A DNA stretch of 64,000 bases from Candidatus Nanoarchaeia archaeon (GCA_035289925.1 DATDVR010000002.1:10590-74589), one strand, 5' to 3'. Shown: positions 36,432-46,264, counted from the stretch's first letter. Made by a program: numbers and translations. Notes: generated from the sequence alone by a model not told the origin.

Positions 36432-37156
36432 TTTAACAAGTATCCTGCGTCAACATTTATTAATTGTCCAGTAATGTTCCTTGCTTTTTCAGACGATAAA
36501 AATAAAATTGCATTTGCTACATCCTCAGCTTCATTTATTCTATTCAATGGAAGCTTTTTCTTATAAAATTCCTCGCTTATTTCATCCAAAATCTCTTTTG
36601 TCATCTCGGTTTTCGTTAAAGTAGGGCATATTCCATTGACATTTATGTTGTATTTTGCTAATTCCAATGCCAAAGCTTTTGTAAAAGTTGCAATTGCTCC
36701 TTTTGAAGCTGCATAAACAATAGCATTTTCAGTTCCAAGCTCAGAATCATTATTTTTTTTAGGAAAAGCATGTGTTGAAACAACGTTGACAATTTTTCCG
36801 CCATTTGTCTTCATTTTCTCTCCAAAAATCTTTGAGCAATTAAATACGCCAAGAACATTTGTATCAATTATCTTGCTCCAATCTTTCTCATCTTGTTCTA
36901 AAAATTCATTTACTAGAATTATCCCTGCATTATTGACCAAAACATCAACTTTTTTTATTTTCTCGGCTGCTTTTCTAACTTCTTCAATCTTAGAAACATC
37001 GCATTTGTAAAACTCTACATTCTTGTCCTTGGGCTGCTCTAAATCTAGCACAACTACCTTGGCTTCAGCTTCTGAAAAAAGCCTTGCAGAAGCCTCTCCT
37101 ATGCCTCTGGAGCCACCTGTAATAACAACATTTTTACCCATGAAATTGAGGTTCAT
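36428..37156 (-). CDS. Short-chain dehydrogenase/reductase (SDR)
   Basis: GKNVVITGGSRGIGEA (TGxxxGxG), NNAG, YAASKGA (YxxxK). ORF 36428..37216 trimmed to MNLNF, which lies 24 nt downstream of a TATA box (about 37173-37185). Confidence 0.85.
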   Translation of the reverse strand: MNLNFMGKNVVITGGSRGIGEASARLFSEAEAKVVVLDLEQPKDKNVEFYKCDVSKIEEVRKAAEKIKKVDVLVNNAGIILVNEFLEQDEKDWSKIIDTNVLGVFNCSKIFGEKMKTNGGKIVNVVSTHAFPKKNNDSELGTENAIVYAASKGAIATFTKALALELAKYNINVNGICPTLTKTEMTKEILDEISEEFYKKKLPLNRINEAEDVANAILFLSSEKARNITGQLINVDAGYLLK

Positions 37157-37234
37157 AAACCAATTTAAAGGACCTTTTTTATAAATCTTATGTATATCAG
37201 GTAAATTTAAAAGCAATTAAGGGGTTTCATAATT

Positions 37235-38341
37235 ATGGAAATTACTTGGAAAAAAGACTGTAAATCTTTCGTAGGAGGATTTGTATGCGATGTCCTAAAG
37301 TCCAACGGCTACAAGCACTGCGGAGAATGCAACTTCTATAATCCTTACTCCAAAAAAGTATTGATAGTCAAGACAGGAAGCTTAGGTGATGTTCTAAGAA
37401 CAACTTGTTTGATTCCAGGTATCAGGAGAAAATATGGAGAAAATGCAATGATTTACTGGCTTGTCTTTGAAAAGAACAAAGAGCCCTTGTTGAACAATCC
37501 TTACATAGACAAATTGCTGATTTACAACCAAGATACAATGCTAAGATTGCAATATGAAGAGTTTGACGCTGTTTTCAGCATGGATACAGATTTACCATCA
37601 ATAGCAATAGCAAATTTAGTCAAGGCAAAAGAGAAGTTTGGTTATTACTTTGATAAAACTGGAAATCCTTCTGCAATAAACAAGGCTGCAAACTACTATT
37701 TGGAAACTGCCCAATCAGATTATCTGAACAAGAAAAACAGAAAATCATATCCTGAGATGATTTATGAGATAGCAGAACTTAAATTTGAAAAAGATTTGCC
37801 TATTTTGTCTGTTTCCCAGTCTCAAGTTGATTTTGGAAAAGATTTTTTGAAGAAAAACAACGTCTCTAATAAAAATATCATAGGAATCAACATAGGCTCA
37901 GCTCCAAGATGGCCGTCAAAAGTCTGGCACAACTCAAAAGTCACAGAATTAATCAAGAAAATAAAGAAAAACAATCATGAAGTTGTTATTCTAGCAGGTC
38001 CATCAGAAGTTGAAACTTTAAAAAACATGAAGAATGAATTGAAGAAAGAAAATATATCAATTATTCACAACGATCCAAACAACTCACTGCACGATTTCAT
38101 TTCAGTCTTGAACATTTGCAATACTGTAATAACTGGAGACAGCTTGCATCTGCATTTGGCAACAGCATTGAAGAAAAAGATAGTTGCTTTGTTCTTCTGC
38201 ACCCCTCATTGGGAGATTGAAGATTATGGCATAGTCAAAAAGGTTATAAGCCCTTTATTTGAAAATTATTTCTTCGCAGACAAATATGTAGAAGAACTAG
38301 TGAACAGCATCTCAGCAGAACAAGTCTACAAGGAAATTTGA
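37235..38341 (+). CDS. GT9 glycosyltransferase (heptosyltransferase-like), second copy, with an N-terminal Cys cluster
   Basis: VITGDSLHLHLATALKKKIVALFF (GT9 signature). N-terminal C..(x)..CDV...HCGEC. Confidence 0.7.
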   Translation: MEITWKKDCKSFVGGFVCDVLKSNGYKHCGECNFYNPYSKKVLIVKTGSLGDVLRTTCLIPGIRRKYGENAMIYWLVFEKNKEPLLNNPYIDKLLIYNQDTMLRLQYEEFDAVFSMDTDLPSIAIANLVKAKEKFGYYFDKTGNPSAINKAANYYLETAQSDYLNKKNRKSYPEMIYEIAELKFEKDLPILSVSQSQVDFGKDFLKKNNVSNKNIIGINIGSAPRWPSKVWHNSKVTELIKKIKKNNHEVVILAGPSEVETLKNMKNELKKENISIIHNDPNNSLHDFISVLNICNTVITGDSLHLHLATALKKKIVALFFCTPHWEIEDYGIVKKVISPLFENYFFADKYVEELVNSISAEQVYKEI

Positions 38342-38342
38342 T

Positions 38343-39047
38343 ATGGAATCGCACGAAATAAAGAAGATGTACGAACTAGAGGAGTTCCATTACTGGTTCA
38401 AAGCCAAAAGGGAAATGATTATTGATTTATTTAAAAAATACTGCAAGCCTGGCTTGGTTTTGGATGTCGGCTGTGGCACAGGGGCAATCTCAAAGGCATT
38501 AAAGAAGTTCACAAAAGTCATCAGCTGTGATTTTTCAGATGATTCTGTAAAGTATTCAAGGATAAGAAATCCTGACATTGAAGTTGTAAGGGGGGATGCA
38601 CAAGCTTTAGGATTCAAGTCAAACAGGTTTGATGCATTAGTTTCCTCAGATTTAGTTGAGCATGTCAAAGACGACAACAAGGCAATAAAAGAATTTAACA
38701 GAGTTTTAAAAAAAAATGGCAGATTAATTCTAACAGTGCCAGCTTTCCAGTTTTTATGGAGCAAGGATGATGTCTCATTAGGCCATCACAGAAGATATAC
38801 AAGGAATCAAATAAAGAATTTATTGGAAAGAAATAATTTTAAGATTGAATTCTTGAATTACTGGAACTTCAGCTTGTTTCCAGCTTATCTCGCATATAAA
38901 TTCGTAAACAAGTCAAGCTCGGCAACAAAAGTCCCAGAGATTCTTAACAAATTGCTTCACTTAGGCTTCAGGTTTGATTCAAAATTGATACAATTGATAA
39001 AAGTCCCTTGGGGAACTTCAGTAGTGGCAGTCGCAACAAAAAAATGA
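38343..39047 (+). CDS. Class I SAM-dependent methyltransferase
   Basis: VLDVGCGTGAIS (motif I), FDALVSSDLVEHV, LKKNGRLILTVP. Confidence 0.8.
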   Translation: MESHEIKKMYELEEFHYWFKAKREMIIDLFKKYCKPGLVLDVGCGTGAISKALKKFTKVISCDFSDDSVKYSRIRNPDIEVVRGDAQALGFKSNRFDALVSSDLVEHVKDDNKAIKEFNRVLKKNGRLILTVPAFQFLWSKDDVSLGHHRRYTRNQIKNLLERNNFKIEFLNYWNFSLFPAYLAYKFVNKSSSATKVPEILNKLLHLGFRFDSKLIQLIKVPWGTSVVAVATKK

Positions 39048-40564
39048 AAAGCTTTTTCACAGAAAAGAGAATATTGATTTACATCTTCCTTTTTGCACTT
39101 GTTTTAAGGTTGTTAATGCTTAATTTGCATTCAGTAATTGAGACAGATGGCACTTACTATGTTCGCATGGCAGATAATCTTTTCTCAGGCAAAGGCTTAG
39201 TTGACATTGAAAACCAGTTCCAGACTTCCTTGACTCCATTTTATCCTGTAATGATAGGTTTATTTAACTTAATTATAAACAATGGAGAACTATCAGCAAG
39301 GTTAGTTTCAATTTTATTCGGAGCTTTACTGATTTTCCCAGTCTATTTCATAGCAAGAAGATTGTTCAGCAAGAAAACAGCATTGATAACAGCCTTGGTA
39401 ATGTCAGTTTATCCTGCCTTGGCTTATGTTTCAACAATAACATACACAGATTCATTATTTTTATTCCTGTTATTCACTTCAATCCTAATTTTGATTAAAT
39501 TTTTAGAAAAAGAGTCAATCTACAATGCTTTGTTTCTAGGTTTTATGCTAAGCCTGTGCTATTTGACAAGGCCAGAAGGCTTCACTTATCTTCTTATAGC
39601 AATATTCTTGACATTTATCATAAAATTCAAGAACTTTAAAGAGATTCTTCCAAAAGTTTTGGCAATAGTCTTGGTTTTCTTTCTAGTTGCTTCACCTTAT
39701 TTGGCATTTTTGAAAGAGCAGACAGGCTCATTCTCATTGTCAAGCAAAGGATATGTAATTTACAAGTTCAGGGAATTCAAACCTTACACTTTGGAGTATG
39801 AAAAAAACATTTTCTCCTTGAATAACGACAAGACAGATGTCAGATTAAATCCTTACACTGTAAAAGGAAGTCTAGTTTCAGAAATCTTTTCAGACTTTTA
39901 CACATTTATCTCAAGATACACCTACAATTTGATTACTGAGCTGGTTAAGTCTCTTCCAGCACTATTCCCATTGTTTCCTTTGTCAATTTTAGGCTTCATG
40001 AACAGGAAAAAAAGAAAGATAAACTTGGCTTTGCTTCTTTTAGCAGGCTACACAATATTGTTTTTCCCAATTTTCTGGGTTGAATCTAGATATTTACTTC
40101 CAATCTTGCCAATCCTGATAATGTGGGCGGCAGAAAGCACTTCAATTCTAGAAATTATAGTCAACAAAAAAATATTGATAGCAGGTTTTTCATTTTTAAT
40201 GTTATTTTTATTGGTTTCAAACGCATTTGCCAATCATCTTATTGATAAAAGATTTGAAAAGCTAGATCCACCAATTGAACACAAGCAAGCAGGTTTAATG
40301 TTGAAGGAACTTTACAAAAATCCTATTGTAATGTCAAGAAAGCCTTACATTTCTTTTTATTCTAATGGTTATTATGTTAACTTACCATACGCTTCTTTAA
40401 AAGACACTTTAAATTTTGCATGCTACAAAGATGTGCAATTCCTGGTTGCAGATTCGAGATATTATTCTTTAAGACCAGAATTGATGAAAGAATTGAAAAA
40501 TTCTAACTTGGAAAAAGTATATAACAAGGAAGATATTATAATCTATAAGTTAAATTGTAGGTAA
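39044..40564 (+). CDS. GT-C fold membrane glycosyltransferase, ArnT/PMT-like (2 of 3)
   Basis: ETDGTYYVRMADNLFSGKG...TPFYPVMIG first-loop motif and more than 10 TM helices. Start set to MKSFF (ATGA overlap with the previous stop) rather than 39008. Confidence 0.7.
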   Translation: MKSFFTEKRILIYIFLFALVLRLLMLNLHSVIETDGTYYVRMADNLFSGKGLVDIENQFQTSLTPFYPVMIGLFNLIINNGELSARLVSILFGALLIFPVYFIARRLFSKKTALITALVMSVYPALAYVSTITYTDSLFLFLLFTSILILIKFLEKESIYNALFLGFMLSLCYLTRPEGFTYLLIAIFLTFIIKFKNFKEILPKVLAIVLVFFLVASPYLAFLKEQTGSFSLSSKGYVIYKFREFKPYTLEYEKNIFSLNNDKTDVRLNPYTVKGSLVSEIFSDFYTFISRYTYNLITELVKSLPALFPLFPLSILGFMNRKKRKINLALLLLAGYTILFFPIFWVESRYLLPILPILIMWAAESTSILEIIVNKKILIAGFSFLMLFLLVSNAFANHLIDKRFEKLDPPIEHKQAGLMLKELYKNPIVMSRKPYISFYSNGYYVNLPYASLKDTLNFACYKDVQFLVADSRYYSLRPELMKELKNSNLEKVYNKEDIIIYKLNCR

Positions 40565-40565
40565 A

Positions 40566-40883
40566 ATGAAAGTATTATTTATATGCAACCAAGGAAAACA
40601 CAGGAGCAGGACAGCTTCAGACATATTCAAAGATAGATTTGAAACTAACTATGCAGGCTTGTTCAGCGAAAATCCAGTCACAGAAAAGCAGCTTTCATGG
40701 GCAGACTTGATTGTTGTCATGGAAGACTTTCAAAGGACAGAGATATCTAAAAGATTTCCTAAGCAGTATATTAAAAAAAGAATATTAAGCTTGGATATCG
40801 CAGATGTATATTCTTATATGCAGCCAGAATTAATTGACAGGCTCAGGCTAAAGATGAACCAGCTTATTGAAGCCATTCATTAA
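40566..40883 (+). CDS. Small low-molecular-weight phosphotyrosine-phosphatase-like protein
   Basis: MKVLFICNQGKHRSRTA contains a C-x5-R-S P-loop, 105 aa. Confidence 0.55.
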   Translation: MKVLFICNQGKHRSRTASDIFKDRFETNYAGLFSENPVTEKQLSWADLIVVMEDFQRTEISKRFPKQYIKKRILSLDIADVYSYMQPELIDRLRLKMNQLIEAIH

Positions 40884-41114
40884 ATTGTTTTAGCGCCTCT
40901 TCCTTGTTCTTAAAGAATTTGGTTTCAGCAATTTTAAGTTCAGGCATTCTTCTTGTAACTTTAAACAAAACTTCACCATTTGGTTTTAATACTTTTATTG
41001 AAACTAGCCATTTTGCCATAAGACAATAAGACTTCAAACTTTAATAAGGATTGCCTAGAAAAACACGTAAATTTTACAATAAAATTAAAAAATTTATTAT
41101 AAGTCTTATAAAAA

Positions 41115-41291
41115 TTATGCAAATAATATTTTTATTCCTTTCTTTTCCGGTACTATTGTAACCTCATCTTCTTCCTTGAGCTTGTATCTTTTTATCAAGT
41201 CTTTAGGTATAATTAATCCAAGGCTTAATCCCAATTTGCTTAGCTTGACACTATATCTTTTTACAGCCCTATATTTAAATTTTAAAGTCAT
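41115..41291 (-). CDS. AbrB/SpoVT-type (looped-hinge helix) small DNA-binding protein, not in the ORF track (58 aa)
   Basis: Own translation: MTLKFKYRAVKRYSVKLSKLGLSLGLIIPKDLIKRYKLKEEDEVTIVPEKKGIKILFA. The l.iPk.l...y.l..gd.v.i pattern is AbrB-like. It starts 2 nt after the upstream gene's stop. Confidence 0.5.
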   Translation of the reverse strand: MTLKFKYRAVKRYSVKLSKLGLSLGLIIPKDLIKRYKLKEEDEVTIVPEKKGIKILFA

Positions 41292-41292
41292 T

Positions 41293-41487
41293 TTAGAATA
41301 TCATTGCTTCTTTATCAGGCACTCGAATCAACAAGGGAGTTTCAGTAGGATATTTTCTTTTAGCTTCTTCCAATACTTTATTTATGTCCTTTCCATGTGA
41401 TACAATTTTCTCTTTAGCTACAACTATCCATTCACCGATATATTTGTCGACATTAGTTTTCATAAAATAATCATAGTTTTTGTCCAT
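41293..41487 (-). CDS. Small DUF5678-like protein (antitoxin-like)
   Basis: YIGEWIVVAKEKIVSHGKDINKVLEEAKRKYP...LIRVP resembles the y.GkWVai.dgkvv.hg.dl.ev pattern. Confidence 0.45.
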   Translation of the reverse strand: MDKNYDYFMKTNVDKYIGEWIVVAKEKIVSHGKDINKVLEEAKRKYPTETPLLIRVPDKEAMIF

Positions 41488-41574
41488 AAGAAGTGTAAAT
41501 GAATCAGTCTTTATTAACTTTACTTAGAAATTTCCGCAAATCTTCCTATAGAAAGCTATAAAAGCACGGCTTTT

Positions 41575-43137
41575 ATGAGATTTATTATGGGTTCTATAGA
41601 GCACAGAAAGAATAGAATTTTAGAATTTTTGAAACACAAGAAGATAATAATATTAATTTTAATTCTTCTTTTAGCATTTTTTATAAGATTAAGGTACAAC
41701 AGCGTAAACACAGCACAGTGGTGGGACTCAGCAGACTACATGATGGGTGCCAAGGAGATAGCTGGAACTGACTTAGCCACATACGAATTCAATCCCAGAA
41801 GACCATTTTTCCTTTCATTGTTGTGGGGAGTAATCTTATGGCTAGGCGGAAATGATTCAGCATTAACATTTTCAGTTTTGATATTGTCTTTAATCACGGT
41901 TTTCTACACTTACCTGATTGGTAAAGAATTATTTAATGATGAAGTAGGATTAATAGCAGCATTTTTGCTGGGAGTTTTCTGGGAGCATTTGTTTTTTACA
42001 GCAAGATTGCTTACAGATATCCCTTCAGCTGCATTTTTGATAATGGGATTCTATCATTTCATAAAAGGTCCTTTGAATGACGGAGCTAGAAAGCATTCAA
42101 TCTTGTCAGGAATCTTCTTAGGATTGGCTTGGTTCACAAGGTCAGCTTCTTTGGTGATGTTGATTCCTCTTTTCATAATGATTTTCATGAAAAAAAAGTT
42201 TTCAATATTGAAGGACAAGAATTCATGGATAACTTTAGGCATGATATTTGTAGTGATGCTTCCATTCTTCATATTTTTAATTTCTTCAAGCAGCGATGCA
42301 TTGAAAGCCTACACAGGTGTCGGAGCTGGAAGGTTTGAAGGTGGTGGCATAACAGGTTTATGGGAAAATCTTAAATTAATTATGAGAACTTTAACACCAT
42401 TTTACTACTGGATATTTTACATTGGATTATTTTTCATAGCAGACTGCTTTTTAGGATTGGATCTTATAGGAAAAAACAAGGACAAAGATCTTGCAAATAA
42501 ACTATATTTATTTTTATGGACAATAGCTCCTTGGATTTTCTTTGGTTTGACATTTAATAGAGCATTAGAAGACCGTTATTTCATGGCAATCTACCCAACA
42601 ATGCTTATCATAGCAGCTTACGGCTTGTTCAGGATAAAAAACTACATTGAAAAATTCAACAAGTGGGCTGCAATAGGATTCATAGTAATTTTATTGGTAA
42701 TTGTTTCATATCCTCAAGTCACTATGGCAGATGATGTAATAAATTCCAGGTCTCAAGGTTTCGCAGAAGTTGCAATCGGAGGCTACTGGATAAAAGAAAA
42801 CTCAAATCAAAATGATAATGTAATCTCAGCTTCAACATTGCAGAATATGTATTACTCTGAAAGAAATACCTATCCATTTGCAGAAAATAGTTCAACACGA
42901 AATGATCCAAATGCTTTCCTTCCTTATTTAGAAAAAATAAATCCAAGATATGTCGTGATTTCAGTATACGAGCAAGGCTTTACTCCTCAATGGGCTTACA
43001 CCTTCGGCAATGACCATCCAGAATTACTTACCCCAGTTCAAGGCTATGCAAATCCGCAGCAGCAACCAATCTTGGTAATCTACAAGTACAATAACTTTAA
43101 AGAATCTACTTCACTAGTGGTAAGGCCTTCTTCATAA
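41575..43137 (+). CDS. GT-C fold membrane glycosyltransferase, ArnT/PMT-like (3 of 3)
   Basis: WWDSADYMMGAKEIAG...NPRRPFFLSLLWG first-loop motif, about 12 TM helices and a C-terminal soluble domain. Confidence 0.7.
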   Translation: MRFIMGSIEHRKNRILEFLKHKKIIILILILLLAFFIRLRYNSVNTAQWWDSADYMMGAKEIAGTDLATYEFNPRRPFFLSLLWGVILWLGGNDSALTFSVLILSLITVFYTYLIGKELFNDEVGLIAAFLLGVFWEHLFFTARLLTDIPSAAFLIMGFYHFIKGPLNDGARKHSILSGIFLGLAWFTRSASLVMLIPLFIMIFMKKKFSILKDKNSWITLGMIFVVMLPFFIFLISSSSDALKAYTGVGAGRFEGGGITGLWENLKLIMRTLTPFYYWIFYIGLFFIADCFLGLDLIGKNKDKDLANKLYLFLWTIAPWIFFGLTFNRALEDRYFMAIYPTMLIIAAYGLFRIKNYIEKFNKWAAIGFIVILLVIVSYPQVTMADDVINSRSQGFAEVAIGGYWIKENSNQNDNVISASTLQNMYYSERNTYPFAENSSTRNDPNAFLPYLEKINPRYVVISVYEQGFTPQWAYTFGNDHPELLTPVQGYANPQQQPILVIYKYNNFKESTSLVVRPSS

Positions 43138-44146
43138 GGTCAACAACATGAATTTCTTTCTTTCCTTTTAGCCCTTTTACCATGTAGAATGTCTTTTGCT
43201 GCTTAGGATCCCAGCCATGCTGCGCCTTCTGCTCTTTCCCGAAGAAGTTTGGATAGAATACAGTGCCTTTATTTGCTAAAAATATTAAGTCACATTCTTT
43301 TGGAAGTTTATATTCCTTAAAATCCACAATCTTTCCAGCTTTTATTCCTTTCAATAAGTCTTCGACTTTGGCTTCTGCAAAAGAGTTCTTGAACCAGAAT
43401 CTTATAAATGTAGAGCCAATGAAATAAATAAAATCTTTTCCATAAGTCAAGTTTAAATCAATTAATTCTTTCTCTAAATCATATCTCTTTTCAATCATGT
43501 CCATTGAATGGTCTGAGAAAAAAAGCATTTTTTTAGTATCTAATTCCTGGCACGCTTCATCTATTCTCCTTACTGCATCTTTAGTTACATTGGAATATAT
43601 TCCATGCTCATGCCCTATGTCATCTAATTCCAAGAAATGAATCCAGTTAAAGTCAGCTTTCAATGTTTTAGCCTTTCTTAGTGTAGCTTCAGTGCTTTTC
43701 TGCACAAATAAGCTTGCTTTCCTGTTGTTGAATATGAAGGGCCAGTCTAAAAATGTAAAACTTTTATTTTTCTTCTCCAAAGTGTCAAATATTGTTGGAA
43801 CTTTCAATGAATTCTTCTGAGGCCATATCTTTTTCAGGCTTGGCTCAAAGTATTTTGCAGCTTCGTGCTGTAATGGGCTGTACAAAAAAAGATTTTTAGT
43901 CATCAATCTTGCTAGGCTTGCAATATATTTATTCTTAATATGAAATCCAGGCTTTTTTCTTAATGTGAAAGTATCAATTACTCCATGCTTCTCAGGATAA
44001 AATCCAGAAACAAGGCTTGCAATTATGCTTGTATATCCAAAAGTCACTTCCAAATTTCCATGCAGATTTTCCTTGCTTAATTCTTTTAAATAAGAAGTCC
44101 ATTTTAAGTATCTAGGATTGAAAGCGTCAATAAAAATGCAGTTCAT
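43106..44146 (-). CDS. Alkaline-phosphatase-superfamily enzyme (type I phosphodiesterase / nucleotide pyrophosphatase-like)
   Basis: FIDAFNP (metal Asp), FGYTSIIASLVSGFYPEKHGV (nucleophile region), ELDDIGHEHG, FFSDHSM. No TM helix. Confidence 0.7.
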   Translation of the reverse strand: MNCIFIDAFNPRYLKWTSYLKELSKENLHGNLEVTFGYTSIIASLVSGFYPEKHGVIDTFTLRKKPGFHIKNKYIASLARLMTKNLFLYSPLQHEAAKYFEPSLKKIWPQKNSLKVPTIFDTLEKKNKSFTFLDWPFIFNNRKASLFVQKSTEATLRKAKTLKADFNWIHFLELDDIGHEHGIYSNVTKDAVRRIDEACQELDTKKMLFFSDHSMDMIEKRYDLEKELIDLNLTYGKDFIYFIGSTFIRFWFKNSFAEAKVEDLLKGIKAGKIVDFKEYKLPKECDLIFLANKGTVFYPNFFGKEQKAQHGWDPKQQKTFYMVKGLKGKKEIHVVDLMKKALPLVK

Positions 44147-45330
44147 AGCAACCTCTGCGTGTAGTAGTTTCCATAAGCGTATAGAGCTGCCTTTCTTAAT
44201 CCTTCAAAGTCGTCTTTCTTTATTGGAGCCATGTTCCATAAGTATCTCTTTGCTTCCTTCAATAAAGATCTGTCTTCAATTCCATACAATAAAAGCAGGC
44301 ATGGCATCATCATCCTGTATCCTATGTCTCTCCAGTCAAACAATACAGGCAGATGTCCAGTTTTCCTGAAATATAACAAGTTTAGTAAATATTGAGAAGG
44401 GAAAGTTATATTTCCTAATGGGATGTAAGGCACATGGTACTTGAATGCCATTTTTCTATTCAGTTTTGACAATAATTCTTTCAAGCTTGAAGCTGTTATT
44501 CCAAAATCTTTCTCAGCCATGTATTTTAAAGTGAATTTTAAAAAATTTCTTGCTTCTTTCCAAAGTTTTATTGGATTCTTTATCTTGTCTGGCCTGAAAT
44601 CTTGTTTAAAATTAGTTGCCCAGTTTAATTTTTTAGCTATCTCAGGCATTTCTTTTCCGTAAAGCTTTTTAAATAATTTGTTTCTTCCACCATAAGTTCC
44701 AGAGTATTGTTTTTTAAGCAGCAACATTGCAGCAGAGCAGTCAATAAACGTTTTCAGGCAATAGTAAATAGCAATCAATCTTTCATCCTTGTTGAAATGG
44801 TTTGAAAATCTTCTAGAATCCATTGCTAATAATAATAAGGCAGACTTGTTTATCAAATATCTCCATCCTTCAGATGTTGGAAGCTCTTTTTCATTAATTT
44901 TTATTAAATGTCTCGTGTCTTTTCCATACAAAAGCTGAGTTGCATATTTTATTTCAAAAGTTCTTGTAGTTTTTCTTAAAGATTTTAGATTTTTTAATGT
45001 GATTGCTCTCAAATCAACATGAAAAAACTTCTTCCTGTCGTAATTTGTTCCATCTGTTTCTATGAATTCACCTCCGCCCATTCCTATCGCATTTGAAGCT
45101 TTCCTTCCAACTCTATCAAGCTCAGAATCTTTCACCTTGTCCTTTGTTATTATGTACATGTCAAAGTCGTTGAAGACTTCTTTTCCATTCAAGACAGTTC
45201 CTTCTCCTTTTCCGAAGCTTCCAAAAAGTAAAACAGATACAGGTTTCAATTCATCAGCTATTATTTTTGTAACTATCTTAAGCTTCTTCTCAACCTGCTT
45301 GTTCATTTTAGGATTTTTTACAAACTTCAT
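44143..45330 (-). CDS. Protein with N-terminal Pol-beta-type nucleotidyltransferase domain
   Basis: VLLFGSFGKGEGT...FNDFDMYII (GS...DxD). The remaining roughly 280 aa are helical and unassigned. Confidence 0.55.
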   Translation of the reverse strand: MKFVKNPKMNKQVEKKLKIVTKIIADELKPVSVLLFGSFGKGEGTVLNGKEVFNDFDMYIITKDKVKDSELDRVGRKASNAIGMGGGEFIETDGTNYDRKKFFHVDLRAITLKNLKSLRKTTRTFEIKYATQLLYGKDTRHLIKINEKELPTSEGWRYLINKSALLLLAMDSRRFSNHFNKDERLIAIYYCLKTFIDCSAAMLLLKKQYSGTYGGRNKLFKKLYGKEMPEIAKKLNWATNFKQDFRPDKIKNPIKLWKEARNFLKFTLKYMAEKDFGITASSLKELLSKLNRKMAFKYHVPYIPLGNITFPSQYLLNLLYFRKTGHLPVLFDWRDIGYRMMMPCLLLLYGIEDRSLLKEAKRYLWNMAPIKKDDFEGLRKAALYAYGNYYTQRLL

Positions 45331-46256
45331 AGGTATTCCTCGTCCCTGAAAGCTAGAAATGCTCCAAACAATATTACGGCTAAGGAAATTATTAATCCAG
45401 CTAAAGACATTGCAACTACAGTCTTAGGCACTACGTAATATTTATCAAATAAAGCTATCATGGCTATTTCTCTTGTTCCTAGCCCGCTTATTGTTACAGG
45501 AATCAATCCTATCATCGTGACTATTGACATTATTGGCACAAAATAATACAAAGGCACAACAATGTTAAGGGAAAGCGCAACCAGATATAACTGCATGTAG
45601 ATTGTGACCCAGGTTATCACAGTGAGTATGAAGGGAACTAGCAGATGCTTTGGATGTATAGTTGCTTCATAAAATCCCTGAAACAATTCCTTAGCTTTAT
45701 CTTTAAATCTTGCAGGGACTAAAAAATTAAAAACAAACCTCAATACTTTGGCAGTCATCTCCTTGTTTGAAAATATATAGATTACAAAGAATGCAAATAT
45801 CAAGACTGTTGTAATTTCCAGTAAAACATTTGAATAATCCTTTATTACTAAAAAAGCCCCTAACAATGACAACAAAGTTACCACAAACAAGTCCAAAAAT
45901 CTCTCCATCAGCACAGAGGGCAAGCAAGTCCCGTAGTTTCTTCCTATTTTTTTATGCAGATAATGAACTTTAATGAAAGAGCCTAGTTTTCCAGGAGTTA
46001 TTGTTCCGTAAAACAGGCTTATGAACTGTACTTTTATTGCATATATGAAAGGAATATGATAATTCTGTCCTTTTACAATCATGTGCCACTTGTATGCCTG
46101 CAGTAAAACTGTGAAAAAGCTTATCACCAATGCAAATAACAAGTAAGAAACCTTTGCTGCTGATAAGGTTACTAAAATTTCCTTGATTCCTACCTTAGTT
46201 ATTACTAAAATAAAGATAAAAATTCCAATTAAAGGCAATATTTTTGTTATCTTCAT
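45327..46256 (-). CDS. Polytopic membrane protein, lysyl-PG-synthase-TM / UPF0104 (flippase-like) family candidate
   Basis: 309 aa with about 8 TM helices. The arrangement is typical of UPF0104 proteins next to glycosyltransferases. The call rests on topology and weak motif memory. Confidence 0.5.
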   Translation of the reverse strand: MKITKILPLIGIFIFILVITKVGIKEILVTLSAAKVSYLLFALVISFFTVLLQAYKWHMIVKGQNYHIPFIYAIKVQFISLFYGTITPGKLGSFIKVHYLHKKIGRNYGTCLPSVLMERFLDLFVVTLLSLLGAFLVIKDYSNVLLEITTVLIFAFFVIYIFSNKEMTAKVLRFVFNFLVPARFKDKAKELFQGFYEATIHPKHLLVPFILTVITWVTIYMQLYLVALSLNIVVPLYYFVPIMSIVTMIGLIPVTISGLGTREIAMIALFDKYYVVPKTVVAMSLAGLIISLAVILFGAFLAFRDEEYL

Positions 46257-46264
46257 TTAAATCA

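Noticed and set aside
40864-41019. 51-codon minus-strand ORF (MAKWLVSIKVLKPNGEVLFKVTRRMPELKIAETKFFKNKEEALKQFNEWLQ)
   Set aside because: It could be a real small protein. But it has no recognisable motif, overlaps the convergent phosphatase-like gene by 20 nt, and cannot be supported from sequence alone.
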